This document shows positions 12,279 to 22,314 of a DNA stretch of 64,000 nucleotides, piece by piece. Each line of letters begins with the position of its first letter. Position 1 is the first letter of the stretch. The stretch spans positions 800,001 to 864,000 of the forward strand of contig CAWKBC010000027.1 of the NCBI GenBank assembly GCA_963847705.1, given 5' to 3'. The position numbers and the translations under genes are program-made. The notes under the pieces were generated by a model. It was not told the origin of the DNA. It worked only from the letters and a program-made list of their open reading frames with translations, and made no database searches. This DNA comes from an uncultured Pseudomonadota bacterium (GTDB taxonomy: Bacteria > Myxococcota_A > Polyangia > Fen-1088).

Positions 12279-12288
12279 CCGTCTACCC

Positions 12289-12302
12289 TGACGAACGTGT
12301 CA
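12289..12302. promoter_or_regulatory. Palindromic candidate operator upstream of the kinase operon
   Basis: TGAC-GAACGT-GTCA about 10 nt upstream of the kinase ATG; same GAC-N6-GTCA geometry as 7607-7619. Confidence 0.35.
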
Positions 12303-12397
12303 TAGGGCCAACCTGAGAGCCCGATATTACGCGGATTTGCCGCCCGGCATCAAGCGGGGGGCAAGTGCCTTGGCTGTCAGGCCTCGGTCAAGACGGT

Positions 12398-13733
12398 TCA
12401 GCCCTGGCCGGTCTGGCCGGCGCCGCCGGTCTGCCCCGTTCCGTCGACCGGGTGGGCCAGAAAGTAGGGGAGGGCCTCGCTCATCAGGTCGAGCTCGGGG
12501 TCGAGTTGCTTGCCGATCCCCTCGGTGACGGCAATTGCGATGTTCACGATGGTGAAGCTGGCGTTCACCCGCACCCGGTGGCGGCGCAGGATTCCCAGCA
12601 TGTCGAGAAGCACCTTGCCGACCTGGACCTGCCCGAGCCGGTAGCCCCAGAAGCGCCCCACGAACTCGATGATGGCGGCGCGGTAGCGCTCGAACGCCTC
12701 CGGATCGCGGGGCGTGCCGGCGGACTCGGAGAGGCCGTACATGATGTGCGCCATCGCGTCGCCGTCCCGCTGCGCCCAGGCGGCGAAGAAGCGCGCGAAC
12801 CCCTTGCGGTGCGGCTCGTCGAGAATCGCCGACCAGGCCGAGGTCGAGCAGCGCCAGCTTGTCGTCCGGGGTGATGAAGATGTTCCCGGGGTGGAGATCG
12901 GCGTGCACGAAGCCGTCCTCGAAGATCATCTTCATCAGCATGCCGAGCCCGATCCGGGCGACCCGCTTCGGATCCGAACGGGTGGCCGGGGTGGAGAGGA
13001 TCTTGGTCCCCTCGATGAAGCTCATGGTCAGGATCCGCTCGGTCGACAGCGCCTCGATCACCTCGGGGAAGACGACGTCGGGGTGATCCTTGAAGTTGTT
13101 CCGGAAGCGGCGGTTGTTCTGCGCTTCGATCCGGAAGTCGAGCTGCGCGAAGATGGCGCGGCCGAACTCCTCGACGGCGGCCACCGGCGCCAGCGTCGAG
13201 ACCGAGGGGATGAGGTTCAAGAGTCGCGCCCCTTGCCGCATCACCACCATGTCGAAGGAGCAGAGCTCGACGAGGTTGGGGCGGCGGATCTTCACCGCCA
13301 CGATGCGGCCGTCGGTCAGCCGCGCCTTGTGCACCTGCGACACCGACGCCGAGGCCAGCGGCACCGGCGCGAACTCGGCGTAGATGGTCGCCAGCGGGCG
13401 GTGGAGATCCCCCTCGATGGTGCGGACCACATCCTCGAATGGGAACGGCCCGACGTGATCCTGCAGCTCCGCCAGCGCGTTCGAGATGTACTCGGGGAGG
13501 AGATCCGGGCGCGTGCTCATGATCTGCCCGACCTTGATGAAGGTGGCGCCGAGCTCGCGGAAAAGGTCGACGACGACCCGCCCCAGCCAGGCCCGCCGCC
13601 GATCGCGGCCGGACCGCCGCAGCCAGAGCAGCCACCAGCCGATCCAGAATCGTGCCCAGTGCTTGGTGACGCGGGCCCAGATGCCGACGGCCCGTGCCAC
13701 CAAGCGCCAGCGAGGCAGGGGCTTCGCCGCCAT
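12398..13733 (-). CDS. ABC1/AarF/UbiB-family atypical kinase, ~444 aa after correcting a +1 indel at 12823-12827
   Basis: LGATFIKVGQIMSTRPDL, ASASVSQVH, VAVK, HADLHPGN, LLDLG; the C-terminal EGIGKQLDPELD lies in the adjacent frame. Confidence 0.88.
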
Positions 13734-13760
13734 GATTGAAAGTCTATACTATAAGGCGCA
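13734..13760. promoter_or_regulatory. 27-bp bidirectional promoter with back-to-back -10 boxes
   Basis: TAGACT (minus, 13746-13741) 7 nt before ATG 13733; TACTAT (plus, 13747-13752) 8 nt before ATG 13761. Confidence 0.6.
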
Positions 13761-15605
13761 ATGAGCGTCGCCCCCGCTTCGATGCCGGCCGAAATTGCTG
13801 CCTCTGACCTGCGCAAGAACGAGCCCAGGACCGCGGTGGAGATGTGGAAGCGGCGGGTCGCCAAGATGCCGGCCGGCCCCGCCTTTCGCCACTTCGCAGG
13901 CGTCGCCTGGAAGACCATCAGCTACGCCGAGGCCGACGCCGCGGCGCGCGAGATCGCGGCCGGGTTGATCGCGGCCGGGGTGGTCCCGGGCGATCGGGTC
14001 TGCCTGCTGGCCCAGACCCGACTCGAGTGGGCGCTCTGCGACGTCGGCATCCTGCTGGCGGGTGGCGTCACGGTCCCGATCTACGCCTCGAACACCGCGG
14101 AGCAGTGTGAGTTCATCATCCGCGACGCGGGCGCGAAGATCGTGATCGTGGAGGACGCCGCCCAGCGCGACAAGGTGCTGCCGCTGCGCGACCGGCTGTT
14201 CACGGTGACCGGGATCGTCCAGATCGCCGAGGAGGCGCCGGCGGGGAACGCCGTCCGTTCCCTGGCTGCGGTGCGCGACGATGGACGACGCTGGCTGGAG
14301 GCGCAAAAGGGTGCCGCCGCAGATCTGCTGGAGGCGCACGCGGAGACGGTGGGGCCCGAGTCGCTGTTCACCATCGTCTACACCTCGGGCACCACCGGGA
14401 CCCCCAAGGGGGTGGTGCTGACGCACGAGAACCTCACGTCGTCCGTCTGCAGCGCCGTGCGCGCCATGGGGGTCAACGAAGGCGACCAGCAGTATCTGTT
14501 TCTTCCGCTGGCGCACATCCTGGCCCGCCAGACGATCTGGGTCGGCTTCGCGGCCGGCTACGTCACCACGTTTTCGCGCGGGACCAACCAGATCAAAGAG
14601 GATCTGGTGGCGGTGCGGCCGACCTTCATGGCCGGTGTCCCGCGCATCTACGAGAAGTTCTACGCCGGGGTGAGCGCGGCCCTCGCGCAGGGGACGGGGT
14701 TGAAGCGCCGGCTGGCCGACTGGGCGCTGCGCGCGGGCCGGGCGCACGCGGCGGCCGAGCGCGCGGGGGGGCATCCAGGCGGGCTCGGCCACTGGCTGGC
14801 CGACAGGCTGGTCCTCTCCAAGCTGCGGGCGCGCCTCGGCCTCGACCGCTGCCGCTTCCTCATCTCGGGCGGCGCGCCGCTCTCCGCCGAGATCGCCGAG
14901 TTTTTCCACGCCACGGGGCTCCTCATCATGGAGGGCTATGGGCTCACCGAGACGACCTCGGGGGTGTTCGTCAACCGGTTGGACCGCTACCGCTTCGGCA
15001 CGGTCGGCCCGATGATGGACGTGGTGGAGTCGCGGATCGCGGACGACGGGGAGATCCTGGTGCGCGGGGCACCCGTTTTCCGCCAGTACTACAACAACCC
15101 GGCCGCCACCGCGGAGTCGGTCGAGCCGGACGGCTGGTTCCACACCGGCGACATCGGCGTCATCGAGGACGGATTCCTGCGCATCACCGATCGCAAGAAG
15201 GACCTCATCGTCACGGCCAACGGCAAGAAGGTCGCGCCGCAGCCGATCGAGAGCGCGCTCAAGGCGACCTCGTCGCTGGTGAGTCAGGCGCTGGTCTTCG
15301 GTGACAAGCGCCCCTACTGCGTGGCCCTGCTGACGTTCTCCGAAGAGGCGGCCAAGCGATTCGGGGCGGGCGCCGCCGATTCCCAGGAGCTGAAGGCGGC
15401 CTTGCAGAAGGCGGTCGACGAGGTGAATGGAAAGCTCGCGCCGTACGAGCGGGTCAAGCGCTTCTCCATCCTTCCGCAGGACCTCACCGAGGCGGCGGGG
15501 GAGCTGACGCCGAAGCTGAGCGTCAAACGCAAGGTGGTCATCGAGAAGTACCAGCAGACCATCGAGGCGCTTTACGAACGCGGCTCCGCCGCCCACGCCG
15601 ACTGA
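13761..15605 (+). CDS. fadD: Long-chain fatty acid--CoA ligase (AMP-binding)
   Basis: YTSGTTGTPKG, FLPLAHI, EGYGLTET, GWFHTGDIG, ITDRKKDLI. Confidence 0.92.
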   Translation: MSVAPASMPAEIAASDLRKNEPRTAVEMWKRRVAKMPAGPAFRHFAGVAWKTISYAEADAAAREIAAGLIAAGVVPGDRVCLLAQTRLEWALCDVGILLAGGVTVPIYASNTAEQCEFIIRDAGAKIVIVEDAAQRDKVLPLRDRLFTVTGIVQIAEEAPAGNAVRSLAAVRDDGRRWLEAQKGAAADLLEAHAETVGPESLFTIVYTSGTTGTPKGVVLTHENLTSSVCSAVRAMGVNEGDQQYLFLPLAHILARQTIWVGFAAGYVTTFSRGTNQIKEDLVAVRPTFMAGVPRIYEKFYAGVSAALAQGTGLKRRLADWALRAGRAHAAAERAGGHPGGLGHWLADRLVLSKLRARLGLDRCRFLISGGAPLSAEIAEFFHATGLLIMEGYGLTETTSGVFVNRLDRYRFGTVGPMMDVVESRIADDGEILVRGAPVFRQYYNNPAATAESVEPDGWFHTGDIGVIEDGFLRITDRKKDLIVTANGKKVAPQPIESALKATSSLVSQALVFGDKRPYCVALLTFSEEAAKRFGAGAADSQELKAALQKAVDEVNGKLAPYERVKRFSILPQDLTEAAGELTPKLSVKRKVVIEKYQQTIEALYERGSAAHAD

Positions 15606-15616
15606 GCGCGCCGCAG

Positions 15617-16447
15617 CTACGGATTGAAGCCGCGCAGCTCGACCAGCAGCCCGGCGATGAGCGCCCGCAGCCGATCGAACCCCGGCTGCACGATCACGAA
15701 CTTCTCCTCGTCCATGTAGAGATCGCGCCTGAGCTCGATCTGGATCGCGTGCACATCGTCGGCCGGGCGCCCGTGGTGCGTGGTGATGAACCCGCCCTTG
15801 TACGGCTCGTTCGGCTTCACGGTGAGCCCTGCGGCGGCGAAGTGGCGCGTGACCAGCGCCCGCAGCGCCGGCGAGCAGCTGGTCCCCTCCCGATCGCCCG
15901 GGACGACATCGGCCCGCTCGCTCCCGGTGTCGGTGTGTCCGGCCCGACCGCGCGAGGGCATCGAATGCCCGTCGACCAGGACGGCAAACCCGAAGCGGGC
16001 GCGGGCGCGCAGGAGGGCGCGCGCGATGGCCTCGTGGTAGGCGGTGTGGATGGCGGTCCGGCCGCTCCACTCCGGCAGCGTGAGCGGGCGCGCCAGCGCC
16101 GGCGCGCCGGTGGTGGTGACCGCCCAGATGAATCCGCGGCCGTCGGCGTTGCGGGGGGCCCGGTGTTCCGGCACCGCGCCCGGCGCGACGTCGTCGGGAT
16201 CGCGGTTGAGATCGCAGACGAAGCGGGAGAGCTGCGCCGCCACGTAGGTCTCCGGCCCGTCGGGCTCGCCGATGCGATAGAGGCGATCGACGAAGAGATC
16301 GGCGTCGCCCCGCACGTCGAGCTCGGGTGTCAGCGTCTCCTCGTAGCCTGCCGTGCGCACCCCGGCGTGCGGGACGCTCACCACCACCGGGGTGGTCGGC
16401 GCTGCGGCCGATCGCGCCATGAACGCGCCCTCCACGATTCCCAACAT
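15617..16447 (-). CDS. hutG: N-formylglutamate amidohydrolase
   Basis: SVPHAG, DLFVDRLY, SRFVCDLNR, DGHSMP, PYKGGFIT, HAIQIELRRDLYMDE. Confidence 0.88.
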   Translation of the reverse strand: MLGIVEGAFMARSAAAPTTPVVVSVPHAGVRTAGYEETLTPELDVRGDADLFVDRLYRIGEPDGPETYVAAQLSRFVCDLNRDPDDVAPGAVPEHRAPRNADGRGFIWAVTTTGAPALARPLTLPEWSGRTAIHTAYHEAIARALLRARARFGFAVLVDGHSMPSRGRAGHTDTGSERADVVPGDREGTSCSPALRALVTRHFAAAGLTVKPNEPYKGGFITTHHGRPADDVHAIQIELRRDLYMDEEKFVIVQPGFDRLRALIAGLLVELRGFNP

Positions 16448-16469
16448 CGCTAGCTGCCTTCTAACACGG

Positions 16470-18599
16470 CTAAAAAGTCATTTTGTAACCGAGATCGGCC
16501 AGGAGCCCGGCGCTGTTCCCCTCGATCTCGTCGCCGGCCGACGTGCGTCCGAGGTCGATCCGGAGGTAGCGGAGTCCGATCGCCAGCCACCCGGGTCTGA
16601 GCGGGTAGGTCAGCTCGCTCCCGGCGCCCATCGCCAGGGCGTTCACGATGGCGCTGTCGATCATCGTCGTTCCTGCCGGGCTCGCGGTGACGCGCGCCCA
16701 GCCCCAGGACCAGCCGAGGTCGGCCTCGGCGGCGAGCTCCAGCGCGTGCGGCAGGGCAAACCCGACCCGCGCCACCGCCAGCAGCGGAAACACATTGGTC
16801 TCGAGCCTCGCCGTTCCCGTATGGTTGACGCCGCCGCCGGTGACATCGCCGCGCAGGTACCCGGCCGCAAAGCCGGCCGCCAGGTGAACGCGCCGGGCAG
16901 GCAGCGGCGCCAGCCCTTCGACGAAGGCGGTCGGCCCGACGGTCTCTCCGAAATTCGTGAAGAGGCCGGTCCGTGCGGCGGCGATGACGCGCACCGGCGG
17001 CGGCGTCACCTCGAAGCTGGCATCCGCCCGCAACATCTCCGAGGCCATCACCGCGAGCGTCTCACGGTGGGGCTCTCGCGTCCGCTCCGGGACGTACTCG
17101 GCCAGATACTCGCCGTCGCGGGGAACACGAACCTCGCGAATGCTTCCCTGGGGGGTCTCCCAGCTGAGCCCTGACACGGAGGTCGGCGTTCCGTTTCCGT
17201 CGACCGCCTGGACCCGCACCTGGGTCCCGCGCTTTCCGTCGGCCACGATCGGCCCCGCAGCGATCTGGAGCGTCAGCCGCTCCGGGGGCCCGCCGGTGAC
17301 ATGCAGCGGTTGCGTCGCCACGACCTCGCCCAGCGCCGCATCGACCATCATGTTCTCCCGCCCGTCGTACTTGGCCGGGGGCAGCACGGAGAAGGTCGCC
17401 GCGCCCGCCGGCGTCACCGCCACCGAGGTGGGGCGACCGTCGACGCGCACGAACACATCGGCGGCCGAGGTCGGATTTCCGAACCGGTCGCGCGACGAGA
17501 TGGAGAGGGAGACGGGACGGGGATCGCCGACGATGAGCCAGCGGTCGCTGGCGGTGATGGAGAGCTGACTGGGCGGGGCGGCGTGCAGTGGAAGGACCAG
17601 CTCGGCGCGCCCGCCCGTGGCGCTGCTCGGGCCTGGGGCGATCGCGGTCAACGCGACCGCGCCGGCGCCGACGTGGACCGGCGCCTCGAAGAGGAAGCGG
17701 GCCTCGCCGGGCGACCCACCCAGCGGGTGGACCAGCCCGGCCGAGGCGGCCAGCACCAACTGCCCGGCGGGCGCGGGGGCGCCGTTCTCGTCGAGCGCGC
17801 TCACCACGATCTCGCTGAAGCCGCCCACCTCCAAGGACGCGGGCGACAGCAGGAGCACGCGCGGGAAAGACGGCAGTTGCAGGTCGACCTCGGTCGCGCG
17901 GGCGCCGCCGCTCCTGTCCACCGCGCGCGCCTCGGCCTTTCGCACGCCAGGGGGGACGTCGATGGGGATCTCAACGTGACCCTGCCGATCGGCGACGACC
18001 GGACCGAACTGGCGGTCGCCCACCCGCATCGTCACCGAGGCGCCGCCGCTGGTGTGAAACGGGAACAGCGTCGCGCCCTCGAGCGCGATCCGCGTCGCAC
18101 AGTGCAGCCGCGCGGCGCCGGCGCCGAATTCGACCACCAGGAGCGCGACCTGGGGAAATCGATCGGCGGGGGGGTGATAGCGGGTGGTGAAGCGTCCCGG
18201 CGCGCCCGGCAGCGGCGCATCGAGCGTGCCGACCGTCGCCAGCGCACGCAGAGGGACGAAGCGCGCGGCGTCGGGGCCCGAAAGGTCGATGAGGACATCG
18301 ACCTCTCTGTCGACGCCCAGCTTGAGCGCCGGACGGGCAGGGGTCATGGCGATGGTCGTCGCCAGCGCGGTCTCCGGCGCTGTTGGCGACGCGCTCGTCG
18401 GTCCGGTCGTCGGCGCGGTCGTCGGTCCGGTCGTCGGTCCGGTCGTCGGTCCGCTCGTCGGCGCGGTCGTCGGTCCGGTCGTCGGCGCGGTCGTCGGTCC
18501 GGTCGTCGGTCCAGGTGTCGGCTCGGCGGCGAGCGCGAGCGTCCCGCCTGGGGTCCACGAGACGACCAGGAGCAGGAGGACGGCGCGGGCGGCCGGCAA
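16470..18599 (-). CDS. Secreted protein with Pro/Thr linker, Ig-like (invasin-type) domains and a C-terminal beta-barrel-like region
   Basis: Signal peptide; PTTG/PTTA repeats; DRFGNP and ADGKRGTQVRVQAVDGNG motifs; ends DLGYKMTF. Confidence 0.75.
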   Translation of the reverse strand: MPAARAVLLLLVVSWTPGGTLALAAEPTPGPTTGPTTAPTTGPTTAPTSGPTTGPTTGPTTAPTTGPTSASPTAPETALATTIAMTPARPALKLGVDREVDVLIDLSGPDAARFVPLRALATVGTLDAPLPGAPGRFTTRYHPPADRFPQVALLVVEFGAGAARLHCATRIALEGATLFPFHTSGGASVTMRVGDRQFGPVVADRQGHVEIPIDVPPGVRKAEARAVDRSGGARATEVDLQLPSFPRVLLLSPASLEVGGFSEIVVSALDENGAPAPAGQLVLAASAGLVHPLGGSPGEARFLFEAPVHVGAGAVALTAIAPGPSSATGGRAELVLPLHAAPPSQLSITASDRWLIVGDPRPVSLSISSRDRFGNPTSAADVFVRVDGRPTSVAVTPAGAATFSVLPPAKYDGRENMMVDAALGEVVATQPLHVTGGPPERLTLQIAAGPIVADGKRGTQVRVQAVDGNGTPTSVSGLSWETPQGSIREVRVPRDGEYLAEYVPERTREPHRETLAVMASEMLRADASFEVTPPPVRVIAAARTGLFTNFGETVGPTAFVEGLAPLPARRVHLAAGFAAGYLRGDVTGGGVNHTGTARLETNVFPLLAVARVGFALPHALELAAEADLGWSWGWARVTASPAGTTMIDSAIVNALAMGAGSELTYPLRPGWLAIGLRYLRIDLGRTSAGDEIEGNSAGLLADLGYKMTF
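18394..18521 (-). repeat. Coding 12-bp tandem repeat, about 10 copies (plus-strand unit GGTCGTCGGTCC/GGTCGTCGGCGC)
   Basis: Directly visible; encodes PTTG/PTTA/PTSG. Confidence 0.95.
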
Positions 18600-18600
18600 C

Positions 18601-19435
18601 TCAGAGCTCCTGCGACACAGGCAGCGTCAAGCGAAACACGGTGACCACCGGCTCGTTCCAGCTCCCGGGATCGTCGGCGAGCGCCGAGATCTCCGCCCGC
18701 GCCCCGCGCGATCTCGCGGCTGACCGCCAGCCCGAGGCCCGTCCCCTGTTCGTCCCCCTTGGTGGTGAAGAACGACTCGAACAGCCGCGCGCGCAGCGCC
18801 TTGGCGATGCCGAGGCCATTGTCCGCCACCTCGATCGAGGCGAAGCGAGGATTCTCCGCCATCACCCGCGCGCGCACCTGAACGATGGGGGCGGGCGCGC
18901 CGGAGACGGCGTCGAGCGCGTTGGCCAGCAGGTTGATCAGGATCTGCTCGAGGGCGTGCGGGGCGGCGGCCACCGGGGGGACGTCCGGGGCAATCTGGGT
19001 TCGCAGCGTCACCCGGGCTTTGCGCAGCCGAAAGTCGAGCAAGGAGGTGACCCGCACGAGCACGGCGCCCACCTCGGCGCGCGTCTTGCCGCCGCTCTGC
19101 GAGGGGACGGAGAGCTGGCGCAGGTTCGCCACCAGCCCCGTCAGGCGCTCGGACTGCTCGACGATGTGGCGGGCGAAGTCCAGGACCTCGTCGAGCTCGA
19201 CGCGATCCCGTTCCAGCAGCAGCTGGGCGAGGCCCTTGATGGCGAACAGGGGCTGGCGCAGCTCGTGAATCTGCTTGGCGGCGAACCGACCGAACTCCGC
19301 CAGACGGCCCGCGGCCGTCAGCAGATCGCGCAGGCGGCGAAGCTCGGCGTCGGAGACGGTGGGGACAGGCGGGGAGCGCTCCGGTGCCGAGGGCGGGGGA
19401 GGGGAATCGCCGGGAGGACCAAGAGGCGTGCTCAT
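18601..19435 (-). CDS. Sensor-less cytoplasmic histidine kinase, ~277 aa after correcting a +1 indel near 18685
   Basis: HELRQPL H-box, QILINLLANA, DNGLGI, FFTTK, GTGLGL; the final strand TVFRLTLP is in the adjacent frame. Confidence 0.85.
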
Positions 19436-19442
19436 GCGCGGC

Positions 19443-20411
19443 TCATTTCTTCCACAGGTCGGTGGCCTCGGGCGTCAGCGCCGGGGGCGGGCCGCGGCGC
19501 AACAGCGTGGCCGACGCCTGCCGGGTTCGTCCTCCCAGGTCCTCCACCTTGACGTCGACGGTGTTCTTCCCGGTGCGCAACGGCACCGTCGCCGTGAACT
19601 GTCCATCGGTGCCGACCTCGGCCCGGGTGCCGTTGACGGTCACCGACGAGGAGGGGGCAGCGCGTCCCTTCACCTCCGTGTCCGCGACGGCGTGGCGCTG
19701 CTCGGCGGCCGGCCAGACCACCTCCAGCAGGACATCCTCGGGGATGCGTTCGGGATCGCTGGGCGCTGCGCCGGCCACGCTCGTCGACTGGGTGCCTGGG
19801 GGGAGCGTGAGAGATTTCCCGCCGGCGGTGAACTTGGCCTTGCCGGCCAGCGACGCGACCGAGACGCGTCCTCGCTCGTCCGACAGCACCACGAAGTGCG
19901 CCGGGCCCTCGTTGGCGGTGCGCGTGTCGCGGGAGGTGATCTCGACGCTGTCGCTGCCGCTGACGCGCGCGAGCAGCTTTCCGTGGCGCAGATCGACGGT
20001 GGCGCCGCTGGCCAGCCGATCGAGCCCGATCTCGACCCGCTCGCGCAGCTCGATCTCGGTCCCCGCCGAAAGCTGAAGGATGGCGCGGCCGCCGGCCGCC
20101 GTGCGCACCACGTCGGTCCGGGTCAGCGTGTCGCCGGCCTTGATCGGGACCCATTGCCCGGCGCGCTGCGCCTCGACGTTCCCGGTGGACGAGGCGACCT
20201 GGAACGTCGCTTCGTCGCGCGCGGGGGCCGCGGCGGGGGCGGCAGAAGGGGCGACCGCCGCGTTGCGGGCCATCGCCTCGGACGGCCCCGGCAATGCCGG
20301 CGGCGAGCTCAAGTAGCGGCGTGAGGTGACGGCGGCGACGGCGACCGCGCCCAGGCCCAGCGCGATCAGCCCCACGTTGCCGAGCTTGCGGCTGGGAGGC
20401 CGGGTGCTCAT
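19443..20411 (-). CDS. Membrane-anchored FecR-like domain protein with C-terminal Ig-like domain
   Basis: TM segment, then GNVEAQRAGQWVPIKAGDTLTRTDVVRT...DLRHGKL; C-terminal DGQFTATVPLRTGKNTVDVKVED; ATGA overlap at 20408-20411. Confidence 0.75.
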   Translation of the reverse strand: MSTRPPSRKLGNVGLIALGLGAVAVAAVTSRRYLSSPPALPGPSEAMARNAAVAPSAAPAAAPARDEATFQVASSTGNVEAQRAGQWVPIKAGDTLTRTDVVRTAAGGRAILQLSAGTEIELRERVEIGLDRLASGATVDLRHGKLLARVSGSDSVEITSRDTRTANEGPAHFVVLSDERGRVSVASLAGKAKFTAGGKSLTLPPGTQSTSVAGAAPSDPERIPEDVLLEVVWPAAEQRHAVADTEVKGRAAPSSSVTVNGTRAEVGTDGQFTATVPLRTGKNTVDVKVEDLGGRTRQASATLLRRGPPPALTPEATDLWKK

Positions 20412-22314
20412 GGACGGTGCGCCCGCCCTTCGTCTGCCGGAAAAATGAGGGTGAAGGTGGTCCCGCCGCCGACGCTGCTGTCGACCGTGACGGTGCCGCC
20501 GTGGTCCTCCACGGTGCGATGCACGAACGAGAGCCCCAGCCCGGTCCCCGAACGATCGCCCTTGGTGGTGAAGAACGGATCGAAGATGCGTGGCAGATGT
20601 TCGGCGCTGATCCCGGTGCCGCTGTCGCCGATCCGGACGCGCACGACCTTGTCCTCGATCTGACTGGTCTCCAGCGTCAGCGTCCCGCCCTTCTTCATGG
20701 CGCTGCGCGCGTTCTGGATGATCTGGATGAACGACTCTTGCAGCTGCGTGGCGCTGCCGCGCACGGCGGGGGTGGCGCCGTACTTCCGCACCACCGCGAT
20801 CCCGGCCGCCGCCATGTCGCTCGGCCCGCACAGCTCCACCGCGTCGTCGAGGGTGCGCGCCAGATCGACCGGCGTGGTGTCGTGCCCGCTCTGCCGCTGG
20901 GCGAGCCGCAGCATGTTCTGCACGATCTTGCGGATGCGCAGCGCCTCGCTCTCCAGATCCTGCAAGAGCGGCCGGGCCGGATGCCCGGCCGGCAGATCGG
21001 CGATGAGCAATTGCACGATCCCCAGCGCGCCGGTCAGCGGATTGTTGATCTCGTGCGCGACGCCCGCGCCCAGCTCGCCCAGCGCCGAGAGCGAGCGCGA
21101 ACGGAAGAGAAGGTCCTGCGCCTGCCGCAGCTCGGTGGTCTTGTCCGCGACCCGCTTCTCCAGCGTCTGGTTCCAGGCCTTGATCTCGTCGGTCTGCTGC
21201 GTGATCTTCTGCCGCGCCGCTTCCAGGCCGGTGGCCATCTGGTTGAAGGCCACCGCCAGCTCCCCCAGCTCGTCGGGCGCCGCCGGCGCGATCCGGGCCT
21301 CCAGCTGGCCGGCGCCGATCTGGCGCGACCCCACCACCAGCGCCGCCACCCGATCGCTCAGGCGCCGGGCGAAGATCCGCGCCGCGATCGAGCCGATGAG
21401 GGCCGCCACCGCGATCCAGATCAGCGTGGCCCAGGTGATCTGGTTGACCGGCAGCAGCGCGGCGTCGACGGTCTTGTCGACCAGCGCCCCCATCCCCCAG
21501 CGGGCGACCGGAGCAAAGGCGCCGATGAGCCGCCGCCCGTCGCGCACGTAATCGGCGACGATCGGCCCCGAGGGGGCCTCTCCCTCGCGCGTGCCGGGCA
21601 GTCGGATGGTGCCGAGGCTGCCGACGCCGCCATGCGCCGACGAGGCGATGAGCCGCGCCCGCCCGTCGGTCAGCGCGACCTCCGTATCGGCGTTGCCCAA
21701 CGAGGCGACGTAGCTCCCCAGCCGCTTGAGCGACACCTCGGCCGCCAGGATCCGCCGCCCGCCGCCCAGCTTCGGATCGAAGGCGACCGCCAGCACCACG
21801 TGCGGCAGCCGCATCGGCCCCCCCAGGAAGATCGGTCCCATCCCCTCCCCGGCGCCAAGCGCCGCGCCGAGCGGGGCCATGAGGCCGACCCCCTCGACGT
21901 CGGTCGGCCGCATCGGCTCGTGCCCCTTGAGGGCATCGTAGCGGTTCGGGTTCTCGAGATAGGCCGGCTGCCCGATCAGCGTGCCGTGCTCGTCGAACAT
22001 GGCGACGGCGCAGAAGTCGTCGCTCTGGTGATAGACGAGCTGCAGAAATTTCAACAGCGCCTCCGACGACGGACTCTCGTTCGCCGAGGAGCGGGTCAGA
22101 TCGAAGATCTTCGCGTCCACCCGCAGGATCGACAGCTGGTTGTCGATGTGGCTCTCGGCGTAGCCCGCCACCTGCTTGGCGACGGTCAGCTCGTTCTCTC
22201 GAGCGCGTTGCGCAGGGCCCCCTGGCCGATGTACAGCGACGAATAGCCGGCGATGCCGAGCGGCAGCACCGAGACGCCGATGGCCAGCAAGGTCAGCTTG
22301 GAGAGGAGCTTCAT
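20408..22314 (-). CDS. Membrane sensor histidine kinase (Cache-like, HAMP, HisKA, HATPase), ~635 aa after restoring 1 nt near 22198
   Basis: MKLLSKLTLL TM1 in one frame; DELGELAVAFNQM HAMP, AHEINNPL, DSGTGI, FDPFFTTK, GTGLGL in the other. Confidence 0.9.
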
